Assembly: GCA_964226865.1 (NCBI GenBank)
Contig: CAXQUZ010000359.1
Span: forward strand, 1-62,999
Direction of reading: 5' to 3'
DNA length: 62,999 bases
Origin: Myxococcota bacterium
GTDB taxonomy: Bacteria; Myxococcota_A; UBA796; UBA2385
Part shown: positions 1 through 9,221 of the stretch, one piece after another
Layout: each line of letters opens with the position of its first letter
Position numbering within the stretch: the stretch's first letter is position 1
The notes under the pieces: generated by a model
What the model saw: only the letters and a program-made list of their open reading frames with translations
Database searches by the model: none
What the model was told of the DNA's origin: nothing
Translations under genes and position numbers: made by a program

Positions 1-175
1 TGCCACCATTGGCTTCAATCCGCTCGACCAGAATATCGGATTTTTGCGGGACGCAATTTGCGTAAAGCACCGAGCCTAGAGTTGTTCTGACTCCCGCGAC
101 GTCGGTCAGGTCCTTGATCGCGATCGGGATTCCAGATAAAACTGAATCTTTACGATCACCCTGCCGGGCTGCCGC
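1..175 (-). CDS. Amidase-signature family protein, N-terminal part; runs off the left window edge; true start unresolved
   Basis: Minus-strand translation of 1-139 reads SGIPIAIKDLTDVAGVRTTLGSVLYANCVPQKSDILVERIEANGG. This matches the GxPxxxKD...TTxGS block of amidase-signature enzymes. It is absent from the ORF track because it has no stop inside the window. Third codon positions are AT-rich, unlike the rest of the window. Confidence 0.45.
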
Positions 176-223
176 CCGGGCACACCCCGCCCGGAGCCCG
201 GGGCCTTCCCGCTGCCCGCCCCG

Positions 224-466
224 GTGGCGAGCCTCCACCACCAGCTCGACCGGGACCATGACGGCCAGCTCCGGCTCGGCGAGCTGCCGGCCCTTCCCGA
301 GGAGGGCACGCGGGCAACGGTCGATGTGGATGTCGACCATGACGGCGTCTTGAGCGAGTCCGAGCTGGGCGCGCACCTGGTCGCCCACAGCCACCAGACC
401 ATGCCCCACCGGCCCGTGCGGGCGCGCGGTCCCGGGGGCGCGCCGCCGCTGCCGCAGGGGCGCTGA
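224..466 (+). CDS. Small EF-hand pair protein
   Basis: GTG start at 224 and high GC3. It has two canonical calcium-binding loops, DRDHDGQLRLGEL and DVDHDGVLSESEL. Confidence 0.6.
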   Translation: MASLHHQLDRDHDGQLRLGELPALPEEGTRATVDVDVDHDGVLSESELGAHLVAHSHQTMPHRPVRARGPGGAPPLPQGR

Positions 467-487
467 GGGCGGGGGCGCCCGGGGGGC

Positions 488-2518
488 TCAGCGCACGTAG
501 ATGCGCATGGTGTTCTGGCCGGCGCCGCTGGTGCCCGTGTTCAGCCCGAGGGTCTGGGCGAAGCCGAGGCGGTTGCCCTCGGTCTGGGAGGTCGTCGCGC
601 TGCAGGCGCCGCAGGTGTTCTGGGGGCCGAGGGCGCCGCTGGACGGGTCGTCGAAGGGGCAGCCGTTGTTGTAGCCGTGGCTCCACATGGGGCCGAAGCT
701 CGCGTGGTTGTAGGTCGCGCTGAGGTTGCGGCAGGTGCTGACCCCGGCCTCGTGGTCGCCGAGGTTGAAGTAGAGGTCGGTGTCACAGAGGTTGCCGCCG
801 AGGGTCAGCGTGCCGCCGGTGAGGGGGTGGCCGTTGCCGGCCATCGAGAGGTCGCAGTTGGGGCTGGCGATGCTGTCGATGTGGCTGCCGAGGTCGAGGG
901 TGCCGTCGCCCACGCCCTCGTACTCGGCGGTCACGCCCGAGGGGCTGTGGACGAAGAGCAGGTCTTCGAAGAGCAGCTCGTGGTGGGCGGGGGACTTCAT
1001 GTCGGCGCTGAGGTCGGAGACCGTGCCGAGCAGGGTGGGGTCGCTGCCCATGAGGTCGCGGTCGTCCCAGGTCCAGCTGTCTTGGCCGTCGTCGGCGACG
1101 ACCATCGCGAGGGTCCAGCCGCCGCCCTCGGTGGTGAGGTCGCACCACACCGCGTAGGCGCCGCTGCCGGCCGGGTCGATGTAGTAGGTGCCGTCGGTCG
1201 AGGCGTGGGCCATCACGTCGAGACAGTCGACGGCGGGACAGGCGGCATCACTGCCGTCCATGGGGTCGCCGACGCCGTCACAGTCGTTGTCTTGGCCGTC
1301 GCAGACCTCGGCGGCGCCCGGGTGCACGGCGCTGGTGCTGTCGTCGCAGTCGGTGCTGTCGGCGACCGTGGCCGAGGGGGCGCTGCAGGCGGTCGTGGCC
1401 ACGCTGGCGTCGCCGTGGCCGTCGCCGTCGCTGTCGGCGTACCAGGCGCTGGCGGTGGCGAGGTCCAGCGAGGCGTCGTCGTCGTCGATGTCGCCGTCGC
1501 AGTCGTAGTCTTGGCCGTCGCAGATCTCGGTCGCGCTGGGGCTGATGGCGCCGTCGGCGTCGTCGCAGTCGGTGGCGTCGGCGACGTGGCCGGAGGGGGC
1601 GCTGCAGGCCTCGACCGAGACGGCGGCGTCGCCGTGGCCGTCGCCGTCGGTGTCGGCGTAGAAGACCGACAGCACGCCGTTGTCGATGGTGCCGTCGCAG
1701 TCCTGGTCGACCCCGTCGCAGACCTCGGGGGCGCCCGGGTAGACGGTGGCCTCGTCCGGGTCGCAGTCGCCGCCGCGGGCCGCGTAGCCGGCGGGCTCGG
1801 CGCAGGCCTCGGTGGTGGCGCCCAGGTCGCCGTAGCTGTCGCCGTCGATGTCGGCGTAGAAGGTGGTGAGGGTGCCCTCGTCGGTCTCGCCGTCGCAGTC
1901 GTTGTCTTGCTCGTCGCAGATCTCGGTGGCGTCGGGGTTCACCGCGGGGTCGGCGTCGTCGCAGTCGGTGGCCGAGGCCACCACACCGGCGTCCGGATCG
2001 CAGCTCACAACCCGGGCGTCGGGGTCGCCGTGGCCGTCCTCGTCCCGGTCGGCGTACCAGACCGAGGTCACCCCCTCGTCGACCTCGCCGTCGCAGTCGT
2101 TGTCGCGCTCGTCGCAGCGCTCGGCGGCGTCGGGGTAGCTGTCGGGGTCGTCGTCGTCGCAGTCGGTGGACGTGAGCACGGCGCCCGGGGGCTCGTCGCA
2201 GGCCTCGACCGGCGCGCCGGCGCTGCCGAAGCCGTCGCCGTCGGCGTCGGTGTACCAGGTCGACAGCACCCCCTCGTCGATCTCGCCGTCGCAGTCGTTG
2301 TCGAGGCCGTCACAGAGCTCTTCGGCCCCCGGGTAGACCGAGGCGCTGGCGTCGTCGCAGTCGTCGGCTGCGGCCACCCCGTCGCCGTCGGCATCGGCGG
2401 TGGCGTCGTCGCCGCCGTCTCCGAGCAGGCCCTCCTTGCCCTCGTCGCCGACGGGGGCGGTGCGGCAGGCGGGCAGGGCGGCGAGAACGACAGCAAGGGC
2501 GGCGATGCGGGGGCGCAT
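488..2518 (-). CDS. Lipoprotein with six Cys-rich MopE-type (putative metal-binding) repeats and a C-terminal fibrinogen-like globular domain
   Basis: ORF 488..2587 trimmed to the ATG at 2518, which is preceded by GGAG. The N-terminus MRPRIAALAVVLAALPAC carries a lipobox. Six CDDxD..PGAxExCDGxDNDCDG repeats alternate with WYxDxDGDGxG segments. The C-terminal ~230 aa contains YAVWCDLTTEGGGWTL, the hallmark of fibrinogen C-terminal domains. Confidence 0.85.
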   Translation of the reverse strand: MRPRIAALAVVLAALPACRTAPVGDEGKEGLLGDGGDDATADADGDGVAAADDCDDASASVYPGAEELCDGLDNDCDGEIDEGVLSTWYTDADGDGFGSAGAPVEACDEPPGAVLTSTDCDDDDPDSYPDAAERCDERDNDCDGEVDEGVTSVWYADRDEDGHGDPDARVVSCDPDAGVVASATDCDDADPAVNPDATEICDEQDNDCDGETDEGTLTTFYADIDGDSYGDLGATTEACAEPAGYAARGGDCDPDEATVYPGAPEVCDGVDQDCDGTIDNGVLSVFYADTDGDGHGDAAVSVEACSAPSGHVADATDCDDADGAISPSATEICDGQDYDCDGDIDDDDASLDLATASAWYADSDGDGHGDASVATTACSAPSATVADSTDCDDSTSAVHPGAAEVCDGQDNDCDGVGDPMDGSDAACPAVDCLDVMAHASTDGTYYIDPAGSGAYAVWCDLTTEGGGWTLAMVVADDGQDSWTWDDRDLMGSDPTLLGTVSDLSADMKSPAHHELLFEDLLFVHSPSGVTAEYEGVGDGTLDLGSHIDSIASPNCDLSMAGNGHPLTGGTLTLGGNLCDTDLYFNLGDHEAGVSTCRNLSATYNHASFGPMWSHGYNNGCPFDDPSSGALGPQNTCGACSATTSQTEGNRLGFAQTLGLNTGTSGAGQNTMRIYVR

Positions 2519-2600
2519 GGGGACTCCACGGACAGGTGCGCAGCATGGCACGCCGGACGCCCACTGCCTGCGACAGCCTGCTGACATCGGGCCCCCCGGC

Positions 2601-3137
2601 TCAGGTCGAGCGCTGGGTCTCGGGGCGGCGGGACCGGGAGGCCGCGGGGACCGTCTCGCGGGGGGCGGCCGCGGCGAGGGGGACCGCGGCGGGAGGCGCG
2701 ACCTCGGAGGACGCCGCGTCCACGGGGGAGACCGCGCCCACGGGGGAGACCGCGCCCACGGGGGACGTCTCGGCGGCGGGCGCGGGCGGCCAGGGCCGGT
2801 GCAGCCAGGCGGCGCCGGCGAGGCTGGCGACCCAGGCGAGGGCCACGGGCACGAAGAGCAGGGCGATGGGCTGGCCGAGGCGCAGGGCCGCCCAGCCCTC
2901 GATCCGGATGGTGGCCGTGACGCCGAGCAGCAGCACGGTCACGAGGGCCGCGAGGGCCAGCGCGAGGGCCCGGGGCACCCGCTGGCGCAGGGCGTGGCGG
3001 GTGGCGAGCAGGGCCGCGTCGTCGGGGTGGCGGGGGTCGAGCAGCGCCTGGCTCGGGTGGTCGGGGCACCGGGGCGCGGGGCCCGCCGCCGGGGGACGGG
3101 GCAGGGCACGCAGGCAGCGCTCGCAGTGGAGGGGCAC
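2601..3137 (-). CDS. Hypothetical membrane protein with N-terminal CxxC...C..H motif
   Basis: GTG start at 3137 and very high GC3. Two hydrophobic helices are present (LALALAALVTVLLLGV, IALLFVPVALAWVASLAGAAW). An in-frame 18-bp tandem repeat encodes SPVGAV. Confidence 0.6.
   Translation of the reverse strand: MPLHCERCLRALPRPPAAGPAPRCPDHPSQALLDPRHPDDAALLATRHALRQRVPRALALALAALVTVLLLGVTATIRIEGWAALRLGQPIALLFVPVALAWVASLAGAAWLHRPWPPAPAAETSPVGAVSPVGAVSPVDAASSEVAPPAAVPLAAAAPRETVPAASRSRRPETQRST
2721..2766. repeat. 18-bp tandem repeat cacgggggagaccgcgcc x2.5, in-frame inside CDS 2601..3137
   Basis: Two perfect copies at 2721-2738 and 2739-2756, plus a partial third copy. Confidence 0.9.
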
Positions 3138-3181
3138 GGGGCCAGCGTAGCCCGGGGCGCCGGAAAGAGGGTGCCGGGGCG

Positions 3182-3219
3182 TTGGTCTGGGGCCGCGGCA
3201 TTGGTCTGGGGGCGCGGCT
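3182..3219. promoter_or_regulatory. Two adjacent 19-bp direct repeats in a divergent intergenic region (candidate regulator binding site)
   Basis: ttggtctggggccgcggca (3182-3200) is followed directly by ttggtctgggggcgcggct (3201-3219), 17/19 identical. The repeats lie between the minus-strand start at 3137 and the plus-strand start at 3235. Confidence 0.4.
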
Positions 3220-3234
3220 CTGCTTCAATGGGGC

Positions 3235-3912
3235 ATGTCTTCAGCCGCCCGCCCCGTCCTGCCCACCGTCCTCGTCCACCTCGCGACCCTGCTCGTCGGC
3301 TTCGGCGTCGGGGTGGCCTACCGGGGCCCGGCCTCCGCTCCCCTCGACGCCCCGGCCGCCGCTCCCTCCGCGGCGCCGGCCGGCCCGGCCGCGGTGGCGC
3401 CGCGCCCCGCCCCCCCGGCCCCGGCGCCGACCCCGGTCCCCCCGACCGGTGCCGGGGGGCGCGCTGCCGCTGATGCGGGTCCCCGGGCCCGGGTGCGGCT
3501 GGCGCCGGTGGTCGAGCCGCCCAGCGCCAGCGAGGCCCCGGAGGCCTGGACAACGGCCCTGCGCGAGATCGTGGCCGACTGTGGGCTCGAGGGTGGCCTG
3601 CCCGTGGTCGACTGCGCCCAGTGGCCCTGTGTGGGGCTGGCCCCGGCGGTCGGGCTCTCGGAGGCCGCGGCCGACTGCCTCGCTGGCGGCGCCGAGGCCG
3701 CCGGGCTGGGCATGGTGGCCCGCTTCGAGGTCGACGTGGCCTGCCCGGACGGCGGCTTCGACACGGCCACGGCGCTCTTCGCCCTCGACCCGGAGAGCCC
3801 CGCCGCCCAGTCCCTCGAGGGGAGCGGTCTCGACGAGCTGCTCGTCAACACCATGGTCCTCGGCGGCCGGGTGCAGGATGCCGCGGCCGCCTGGCGCTGC
3901 GCCGGGGGCTGA
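3235..3912 (+). CDS. Hypothetical protein with N-terminal membrane anchor, Pro/Ala-rich linker and Cys-containing C-terminal domain
   Basis: ATG at 3235 and high GC3. The N-terminus PVLPTVLVHLATLLVGFGVGVAY is a hydrophobic helix. Confidence 0.6.
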   Translation: MSSAARPVLPTVLVHLATLLVGFGVGVAYRGPASAPLDAPAAAPSAAPAGPAAVAPRPAPPAPAPTPVPPTGAGGRAAADAGPRARVRLAPVVEPPSASEAPEAWTTALREIVADCGLEGGLPVVDCAQWPCVGLAPAVGLSEAAADCLAGGAEAAGLGMVARFEVDVACPDGGFDTATALFALDPESPAAQSLEGSGLDELLVNTMVLGGRVQDAAAAWRCAGG

Positions 3913-3943
3913 GCCGCCCGGGGCGCCGCGATACAGCCGGGCC

Positions 3944-4702
3944 ATGCACGCGCTCTCCTGCAAGTCCTGCGGCGCGGCCATGCGAGGGGACGGCTTCGAC
4001 CGCCGCCTGGGCGTGGTCGTCTGTGCCCACTGCGGCGCCATCTTCGACCTGACCCGTCGGGCCGATCGGGAGGCGGTGCTGCCCGAGCTGCCCGTGGCCC
4101 CGGCGGGCAAGGCCGCGGGGGGCGCCCGGGCGCCGGTGGCCCTGCCGGCGGGCATGGTGGTCGACCGCCAGGGCCCGGGGCGCCTCGCCGTGCGCTGGCG
4201 CTGGTTCCAGTGGCCCGCCGTGTTCCTGCTCTTCTTCGCCGTCGCCTGGGACAGCTTCCTGGTCTTCTGGTACGGCATCGTCTTCACGATGCCCGACGTG
4301 CCGTGGATCATGGCCGTGTTCCCCCTCGTCCACGTCGCCGTGGGGGTGGCCATCACCTACACCGCCGTGGCCAAGCTGCTGAACCGCACGACGGTGGACT
4401 GCGACGGCATGGCCCTGCGGGTGCGCCACGGGCCGCTGCCCTGGTGGCCCCAGCCGACCGTGCCGGTCGCCGCCCTCGAGCAGCTCTACGTCGAGCGCAA
4501 GGTCAAGCGCGGCAAGAACGGCACGACCGTCTCGTGGAACCTGCTGGCCGTGACCCGCGACCACAGCGGGCTGCCCCTCGTCACGGGCCTCGACGACCTC
4601 GACCAGGCCCTCTGGCTGGAGCAGGAGCTCGAGGACGGTCTCGGCATCCGCGATCGGCCCGTGGCGGGCGAGTACACGGGCGCGGGCGCCGTGCGCACCT
4701 GA
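3944..4702 (+). CDS. Zinc-ribbon membrane protein (hypothetical)
   Basis: ATG at 3944 inside ORF 3182..4702. CKSCG...CAHCG forms a zinc ribbon. Two hydrophobic helices are present (WPAVFLLFFAVAWDSFLVFWYGIVF, IMAVFPLVHVAVGVAITYTAVA). Confidence 0.7.
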   Translation: MHALSCKSCGAAMRGDGFDRRLGVVVCAHCGAIFDLTRRADREAVLPELPVAPAGKAAGGARAPVALPAGMVVDRQGPGRLAVRWRWFQWPAVFLLFFAVAWDSFLVFWYGIVFTMPDVPWIMAVFPLVHVAVGVAITYTAVAKLLNRTTVDCDGMALRVRHGPLPWWPQPTVPVAALEQLYVERKVKRGKNGTTVSWNLLAVTRDHSGLPLVTGLDDLDQALWLEQELEDGLGIRDRPVAGEYTGAGAVRT

Positions 4703-5025
4703 GCGGGGGCGTCCCCCCAGAGACGCCACGATCGCGGCACATCTTGCGGGGACGGCCGGGCACGGGGCGCGCCGGGAATTGGGGGGCATGCGGCACGGAC
4801 CGGGGCTGGCCCGCAAAGGTCACCCGGCGAGAGTGCAGGTCGCTCCTTGCTTTGCCGGGCTGTGGGCGTCGCTGCGGCGGCACTCCCGGCCACCACGGGG
4901 CGGGCGGGCCGGCACGCGCGCCCCGCCGAGCGGCAGGGGAGGCGCCGGGCGCGGTCATGCCCTGGCAAGATCGGGTCAACTCCGGACGGCGGCCCGCCGA
5001 TGGCCCCCCCAAGACCGGAGCGACC

Positions 5026-6144
5026 ATGCAGACCCATCAAGGCCACTCGGCCCAGCACGATGCCGCCGCCGCGGTGGCCGAGGCGACGGAAGGCTTTCCG
5101 TCCGACCTCGACATCCTCTTCGTCTTCTCGTCCACGGCCCAGGACCCGGACGGGGTGGCCGCCGCCCTCGCGGCGCGCTTCCCCGGGGTGCCCCTCGCGG
5201 GCTGCACGACGGCCGGCGAGCACATCAGCGGCGCCCACAGCACGGGCGGCCTGGTGGTCACGGGGGTCCAGGCCCCGGAGTACCGCTGGGCCACGACCGA
5301 CGTCGTGCTGGACGGGCTCGACCCGGCTGCGGCGGAGGCGGCGGCGGGCCGCCTCTTTGCCGAAGTGGGGGTCGACCCGGAGGGCATGGACGCCGAGACG
5401 CTCGTGTGCTTGCTGTTCATCGACGGCCTCTCGGGCGCCGAGGAGCGGGCCTCGGCCGTGCTGGCCGACGCGCTCCAGGGGGTGGCCCTGGCCGGCGGCA
5501 GCGCGGGCGACGACCTCCAGTTCGCCCAGACCCGGGTCTACAGCGCCGCGGGCGCCCAGAGCGGCACGGCGACCCTCGTGATGGTCCACGCCCACGACGG
5601 CGCGCCCCTCCAGGTGCGCAAGCACCAGCACTTCACGACCACCGACGCGAGCGTCGCCGTCACCCGGGTCGAGGGCCGGCGGGTCTACGAGCTCGACGGC
5701 TACCCGGCCCTCGAGGGCTACGCCCGGGCCCTCGGCGTCGCCCCCGAAGCGGTCAGCGCCGAGCTCACCTTCCAGAAGCCCGTGACCTTCGCCTGCAACG
5801 GCGAGCTCTACGTGCGCAGCATCCAGGCCATCCACGACGACGGCTCCATCTCCTTCTACTGCGCCGTCGAGGAGGGCATGGTGCTCGACATCGGCGACCG
5901 GGCCGACATGTCGGCCGCCCTGGCCGAGGGGCTGAAGTGGTCCCAGCGGCCGGCCCTCGTCGTGGGCTTCAACTGCATCCTGCGGGCCCTCGAGGCCACC
6001 GGCAGCGCGCTCCACCCCGAGCAGAGCGCCATTCTCCAGCAGTCCTGCGACGCGCTGATCGGCTTCGACACCTATGGCGAGCAGCTCAACGGACTCCACA
6101 TCAACCAGACCCTCGTCGCCGTCGGCTTCGGCTGCGCTGCCTGA
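5026..6144 (+). CDS. FIST-domain sensory protein
   Basis: ATG at 5026 with GGAG 6 nt upstream. The layout DLDILFVFSS...PLAGCTTAGEI...ALAGGSAGD...GFDTYGEQ is typical of FIST_N/FIST_C proteins. Confidence 0.85.
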   Translation: MQTHQGHSAQHDAAAAVAEATEGFPSDLDILFVFSSTAQDPDGVAAALAARFPGVPLAGCTTAGEHISGAHSTGGLVVTGVQAPEYRWATTDVVLDGLDPAAAEAAAGRLFAEVGVDPEGMDAETLVCLLFIDGLSGAEERASAVLADALQGVALAGGSAGDDLQFAQTRVYSAAGAQSGTATLVMVHAHDGAPLQVRKHQHFTTTDASVAVTRVEGRRVYELDGYPALEGYARALGVAPEAVSAELTFQKPVTFACNGELYVRSIQAIHDDGSISFYCAVEEGMVLDIGDRADMSAALAEGLKWSQRPALVVGFNCILRALEATGSALHPEQSAILQQSCDALIGFDTYGEQLNGLHINQTLVAVGFGCAA

Positions 6145-6154
6145 GGAGGCCCCC

Positions 6155-7753
6155 ATGTCCCCGTCCCCCACCCCCAGCTGGGAGCGGCGCGCCCGCGCTG
6201 CCGAGAAGACCGTCGACATCCTCAAGACGCGGGTCCGCTCGCTCTACAACGAGGGCGCCCAGACCGCGATCCACCAGCAGCTCGACCGGGCCCAGCGGCG
6301 CCAGGAGGAGGCCCTGCGGCGCCGGGCCATGGCCGAGGCCCGCAGCCAGGCCCTCCAGAAGCACTCCGAGCGGCTCGAGGCCGAGGTCGAGGCCCGCACC
6401 CGCCACATCCGAACCATCCTCGACAACGTCATCTTCGGCTTCGCCATCGTGGGCCGCGAGGGCACCATCCGCGAGTGCACCCGCTCGACGGCCGTGCTCA
6501 CGGGCCGCCCGGTGGCCGCGGGCGACAGCCTGCTCGATGTGCTCGGGGTGGGCGACACGGCGGCGGGCGGTGAGCTGCTGCTGGGGCTCGACCAGGTCTT
6601 TGAGGACTTCCTGCCCGAAGAGCTGACCCTGGCCCAGATCCCCTGGCGCTTCGCCCGGGAGGGCCGGGTGCTCAAGCTCGAGGGGCGGGTCATCCGCGAC
6701 GCCGCGGGCGCCGTCGATGCCATCCTCTTCACCCTCTCCGACATCAGCGACCTCGAGGCGGCCCGGATCGAGTCGCGCAAGAATGCCGTGCTTGTCGGTA
6801 TTCTTCGCCAGAAGTCGGCCTTCGTCAGCTTCGTCGAGGACGCCCGGGGCCGGCTCGCGGCCGCCGCGGAGGGGCTCGCCGATGCCGCCTTCGTGCGCCG
6901 GGCCGTGCACACGGTCAAGGGCAACGCCGCCAGCTACGGCCTCGACGCCGTGGCGCGGGTCGCCCACGCGGTCGAGGCCGAGCCGGCCATCACCGCCGCG
7001 GGCCTCGATCAGATCCGCGCGGCCCTCGAGGGCTTCCTGGCCGACAACGAGGCCGTGCTGGGCCTCGGCGCCAGCGGCGGCACGGTCGAGGTGCCCGCCG
7101 GGGTGCTCGTCGAGCTGCGCACCCTGCTCAACCCCCTGGATCCCCCGGGCCTCGCCCGCTGGGGGGCCGAGGTGGTCAAGCGCCCGGCGCGGGAGCTCGT
7201 CGGGCCGGTCGAGGTCTTCGTCGATCGGCTCACCGAGCGCCTGGGCCGCCGGGTCGACTTCAGCTTCGAGGGCGCGGATGTGACCGTCGATCCCGAGCTC
7301 CTCGGCGGGGTGCTCCGGAACCTCAGCCACCTCATCCGCAACGCGGTCGACCACGGCCTCGAGCCCCCCGAGGAGCGGGGCGACAAGGCCGAGGTGGGCC
7401 AGCTGCGCCTCTCGATCGCCGACGGCCCGTCGGGCACGGTGATCGCGGTCGAGGACGACGGCCGGGGCATCGACGTGGAGGCCGTGGTCGAGAAGGCCAT
7501 CAGCAAGGGCCACGTCGAGGCCGCTGCGGCCGCCGCCCTGTCCCGCAGCGAGAAGCTCGGGCTCATCTTCCTCGACGGGCTGTCCTCGAAGGCGGCCGCC
7601 ACCGACATCTCGGGCCGCGGCGTGGGCATGTCGGCCGTGCGCGAGGCCGTGCGCCGCGCCGGGGGCCGCATCGACATCCAGAGCACCCCGGGCCGGGGCA
7701 CCCGCATCGCGCTCGCGTTGCCGCCGCCGGAGGCCCTGGCTGTGGCGGTCTGA
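6155..7753 (+). CDS. CheA-like histidine kinase (coiled-coil, PAS-like, Hpt, CheA-type HATPase) lacking a CheW-like P5 domain
   Basis: ATG at 6155 is preceded by GAGGAGG, 10 nt after the FIST stop. The Hpt motif is HTVKGNAASYGL. The ATPase boxes are N-box HLIRNAVDHGLE, G1 DDGRGID and G2 GRGVGM. The protein ends right after the ATPase domain. Confidence 0.85.
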   Translation: MSPSPTPSWERRARAAEKTVDILKTRVRSLYNEGAQTAIHQQLDRAQRRQEEALRRRAMAEARSQALQKHSERLEAEVEARTRHIRTILDNVIFGFAIVGREGTIRECTRSTAVLTGRPVAAGDSLLDVLGVGDTAAGGELLLGLDQVFEDFLPEELTLAQIPWRFAREGRVLKLEGRVIRDAAGAVDAILFTLSDISDLEAARIESRKNAVLVGILRQKSAFVSFVEDARGRLAAAAEGLADAAFVRRAVHTVKGNAASYGLDAVARVAHAVEAEPAITAAGLDQIRAALEGFLADNEAVLGLGASGGTVEVPAGVLVELRTLLNPLDPPGLARWGAEVVKRPARELVGPVEVFVDRLTERLGRRVDFSFEGADVTVDPELLGGVLRNLSHLIRNAVDHGLEPPEERGDKAEVGQLRLSIADGPSGTVIAVEDDGRGIDVEAVVEKAISKGHVEAAAAAALSRSEKLGLIFLDGLSSKAAATDISGRGVGMSAVREAVRRAGGRIDIQSTPGRGTRIALALPPPEALAVAV

Positions 7754-7883
7754 GACCGGTGCCGCCGGGTGCGGGGCTGGCGGGGGCGGTGCGCGTCCCA
7801 CCCCCGGTGGTCCCGGGCCTGCCGCCCCGCCCCCGACCGCCCAGACCCGTGCTAGAACGGACCCTCTCCGGGAGGGCCGTCGC

Positions 7884-9170
7884 ATGCGCATCGCCATCAT
7901 CGGGGCCGGGGTCGCCGGCCTCTCCGCTGCTGAGGCGCTGCGGCGCCGGGGCCACACCGATGTGGTCGTCTACGAGGCCCGCGACCAGGTCGGGGGCAAG
8001 GTCCGCACCAAGGTGGTGGACGGCCGGCCCTACGAGCTGGGCGCCTACATCAGCTTCGAGAGCGACGACGAGGTGGCGCGGCTGGTCGCCGACCACGGCC
8101 TGGCCCTGCGTCCGGCCCTGCCCCGCATGGTCCACGACCTCGACGCCGACGGCCAGCTCATCGACTTCGAGGCCTGGCAGGCCAAGCGCTACACCAAGGC
8201 CGAGACCGCGGCGGCGGCGGCCCGCTACCTGCTGCTCTGCGCCCGCCACCGCAAGATCTTCCGCCCCGGGGGCTACGCCGGTGCCGATCCCGCGCTGTTC
8301 CGGCGGGCCCACCGCTTCTTCGCCGCGCACGAGCTCGGGCCGGTGGCCTGGCTCTACCAGCCCATCATGGCGGGCCTCGGCTACGGCTTCTACGAGCAGA
8401 CCCCGGCCCTCTACGCCATGCGCTTCATCGACCCGGCCAAGCTGGCCGTGCTCGTGCGCACCTTGCTCGACCGCGACGCGAAGGTCGACATGGTCACGGC
8501 GGGCTTCCAGCGCCTCTGGGAGGCCGTCGCCCGGGACCACGACGTGCGGCTGGGCCACCGGGTGCAGGCCGTGCGCCGCGAGAAGCAGGGGCCGGGTCGC
8601 TGGCGCATCACCGTGACGGCCAACGGCCAGGACGAGGTCTACGACCGGCTCATCACGACGGTCTCCCGCTCCGAGATGGCCGACGTGCTCGACGCCACCG
8701 ACCGCGAGCGCCAGGTCTTCGGCGCCCTGCGCTTCAGCCCCTACGTCACGAGCATCTTCCGGGCCCGGGGCCTCGCCGAGGGCGTCACGGCCTACCTCGG
8801 CCAGCACTCGACCCCCGACACCCGCGGGCGGCTGATGATCTACTCCCAGCCCCACACCGACCGGGATCTCTTCCTGGGCTGGCAGCTCGGCCGAGAGGAC
8901 GAGGGGCCGGCGCTGGCGCAAGCCCTGCGCGAGGACGTGGCCAAGGTGGGCGGCGAGGTCACAGCGCTGGTCCACCAGGAGTTCTGGCCCGACTACTTCC
9001 CGCGGGTCGGCCGGAAGGCCCTCAAGGCCGGCCACTTCGACAAGCTGGCGAAGATGCAGGGCAAGCGGGGCACGTACTTCGCCGGGGCCATGGTCGACTA
9101 CGAGCTCACGGGCACGGCGGCGGCCTGGGCGACAACGCTGGTGGAGCGCCACTTCCCGCCCGCCTGCTGA
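7884..9170 (+). CDS. FAD/NAD(P)-binding amine-oxidase / desaturase-family oxidoreductase
   Basis: ATG at 7884 with GGGAGGG upstream. [16 protein letters not shown]...[13 protein letters not shown] is a Rossmann dinucleotide-binding motif. Confidence 0.85.
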   Translation: MRIAIIGAGVAGLSAAEALRRRGHTDVVVYEARDQVGGKVRTKVVDGRPYELGAYISFESDDEVARLVADHGLALRPALPRMVHDLDADGQLIDFEAWQAKRYTKAETAAAAARYLLLCARHRKIFRPGGYAGADPALFRRAHRFFAAHELGPVAWLYQPIMAGLGYGFYEQTPALYAMRFIDPAKLAVLVRTLLDRDAKVDMVTAGFQRLWEAVARDHDVRLGHRVQAVRREKQGPGRWRITVTANGQDEVYDRLITTVSRSEMADVLDATDRERQVFGALRFSPYVTSIFRARGLAEGVTAYLGQHSTPDTRGRLMIYSQPHTDRDLFLGWQLGREDEGPALAQALREDVAKVGGEVTALVHQEFWPDYFPRVGRKALKAGHFDKLAKMQGKRGTYFAGAMVDYELTGTAAAWATTLVERHFPPAC

Positions 9171-9221
9171 GGGGACGCGGGCCGCCGCGCGGGTGCCGGG
9201 GGGTGGTCGCCGGGTCGCCAT

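Noticed and set aside
176-402. Extending the amidase frame upstream (…VPVELVVEARHR…) to give it a full-length N-terminus.
   Set aside because: That stretch is antisense to an EF-hand gene with two canonical calcium loops and native GC3. The composition switch at ~160 argues that the amidase-like sequence ends there.
677-2584. 635-aa plus-strand ORF, with similar very long ORFs at 2068..3228(-), 11379..14024(+), 11533..14427(-), 32277..35279(+), 35008..37842(+), 38830..41877(+, 5' part), 49320..52172(+) and 52000..54633(+).
   Set aside because: These lie antisense or out of frame to convincing genes. Their products are Arg/Gly/Pro/Ala-rich low-complexity strings and their GC3 is lower than the chosen frame. 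This is the expected stop-codon-poor shadow-ORF artefact of >70% GC DNA.
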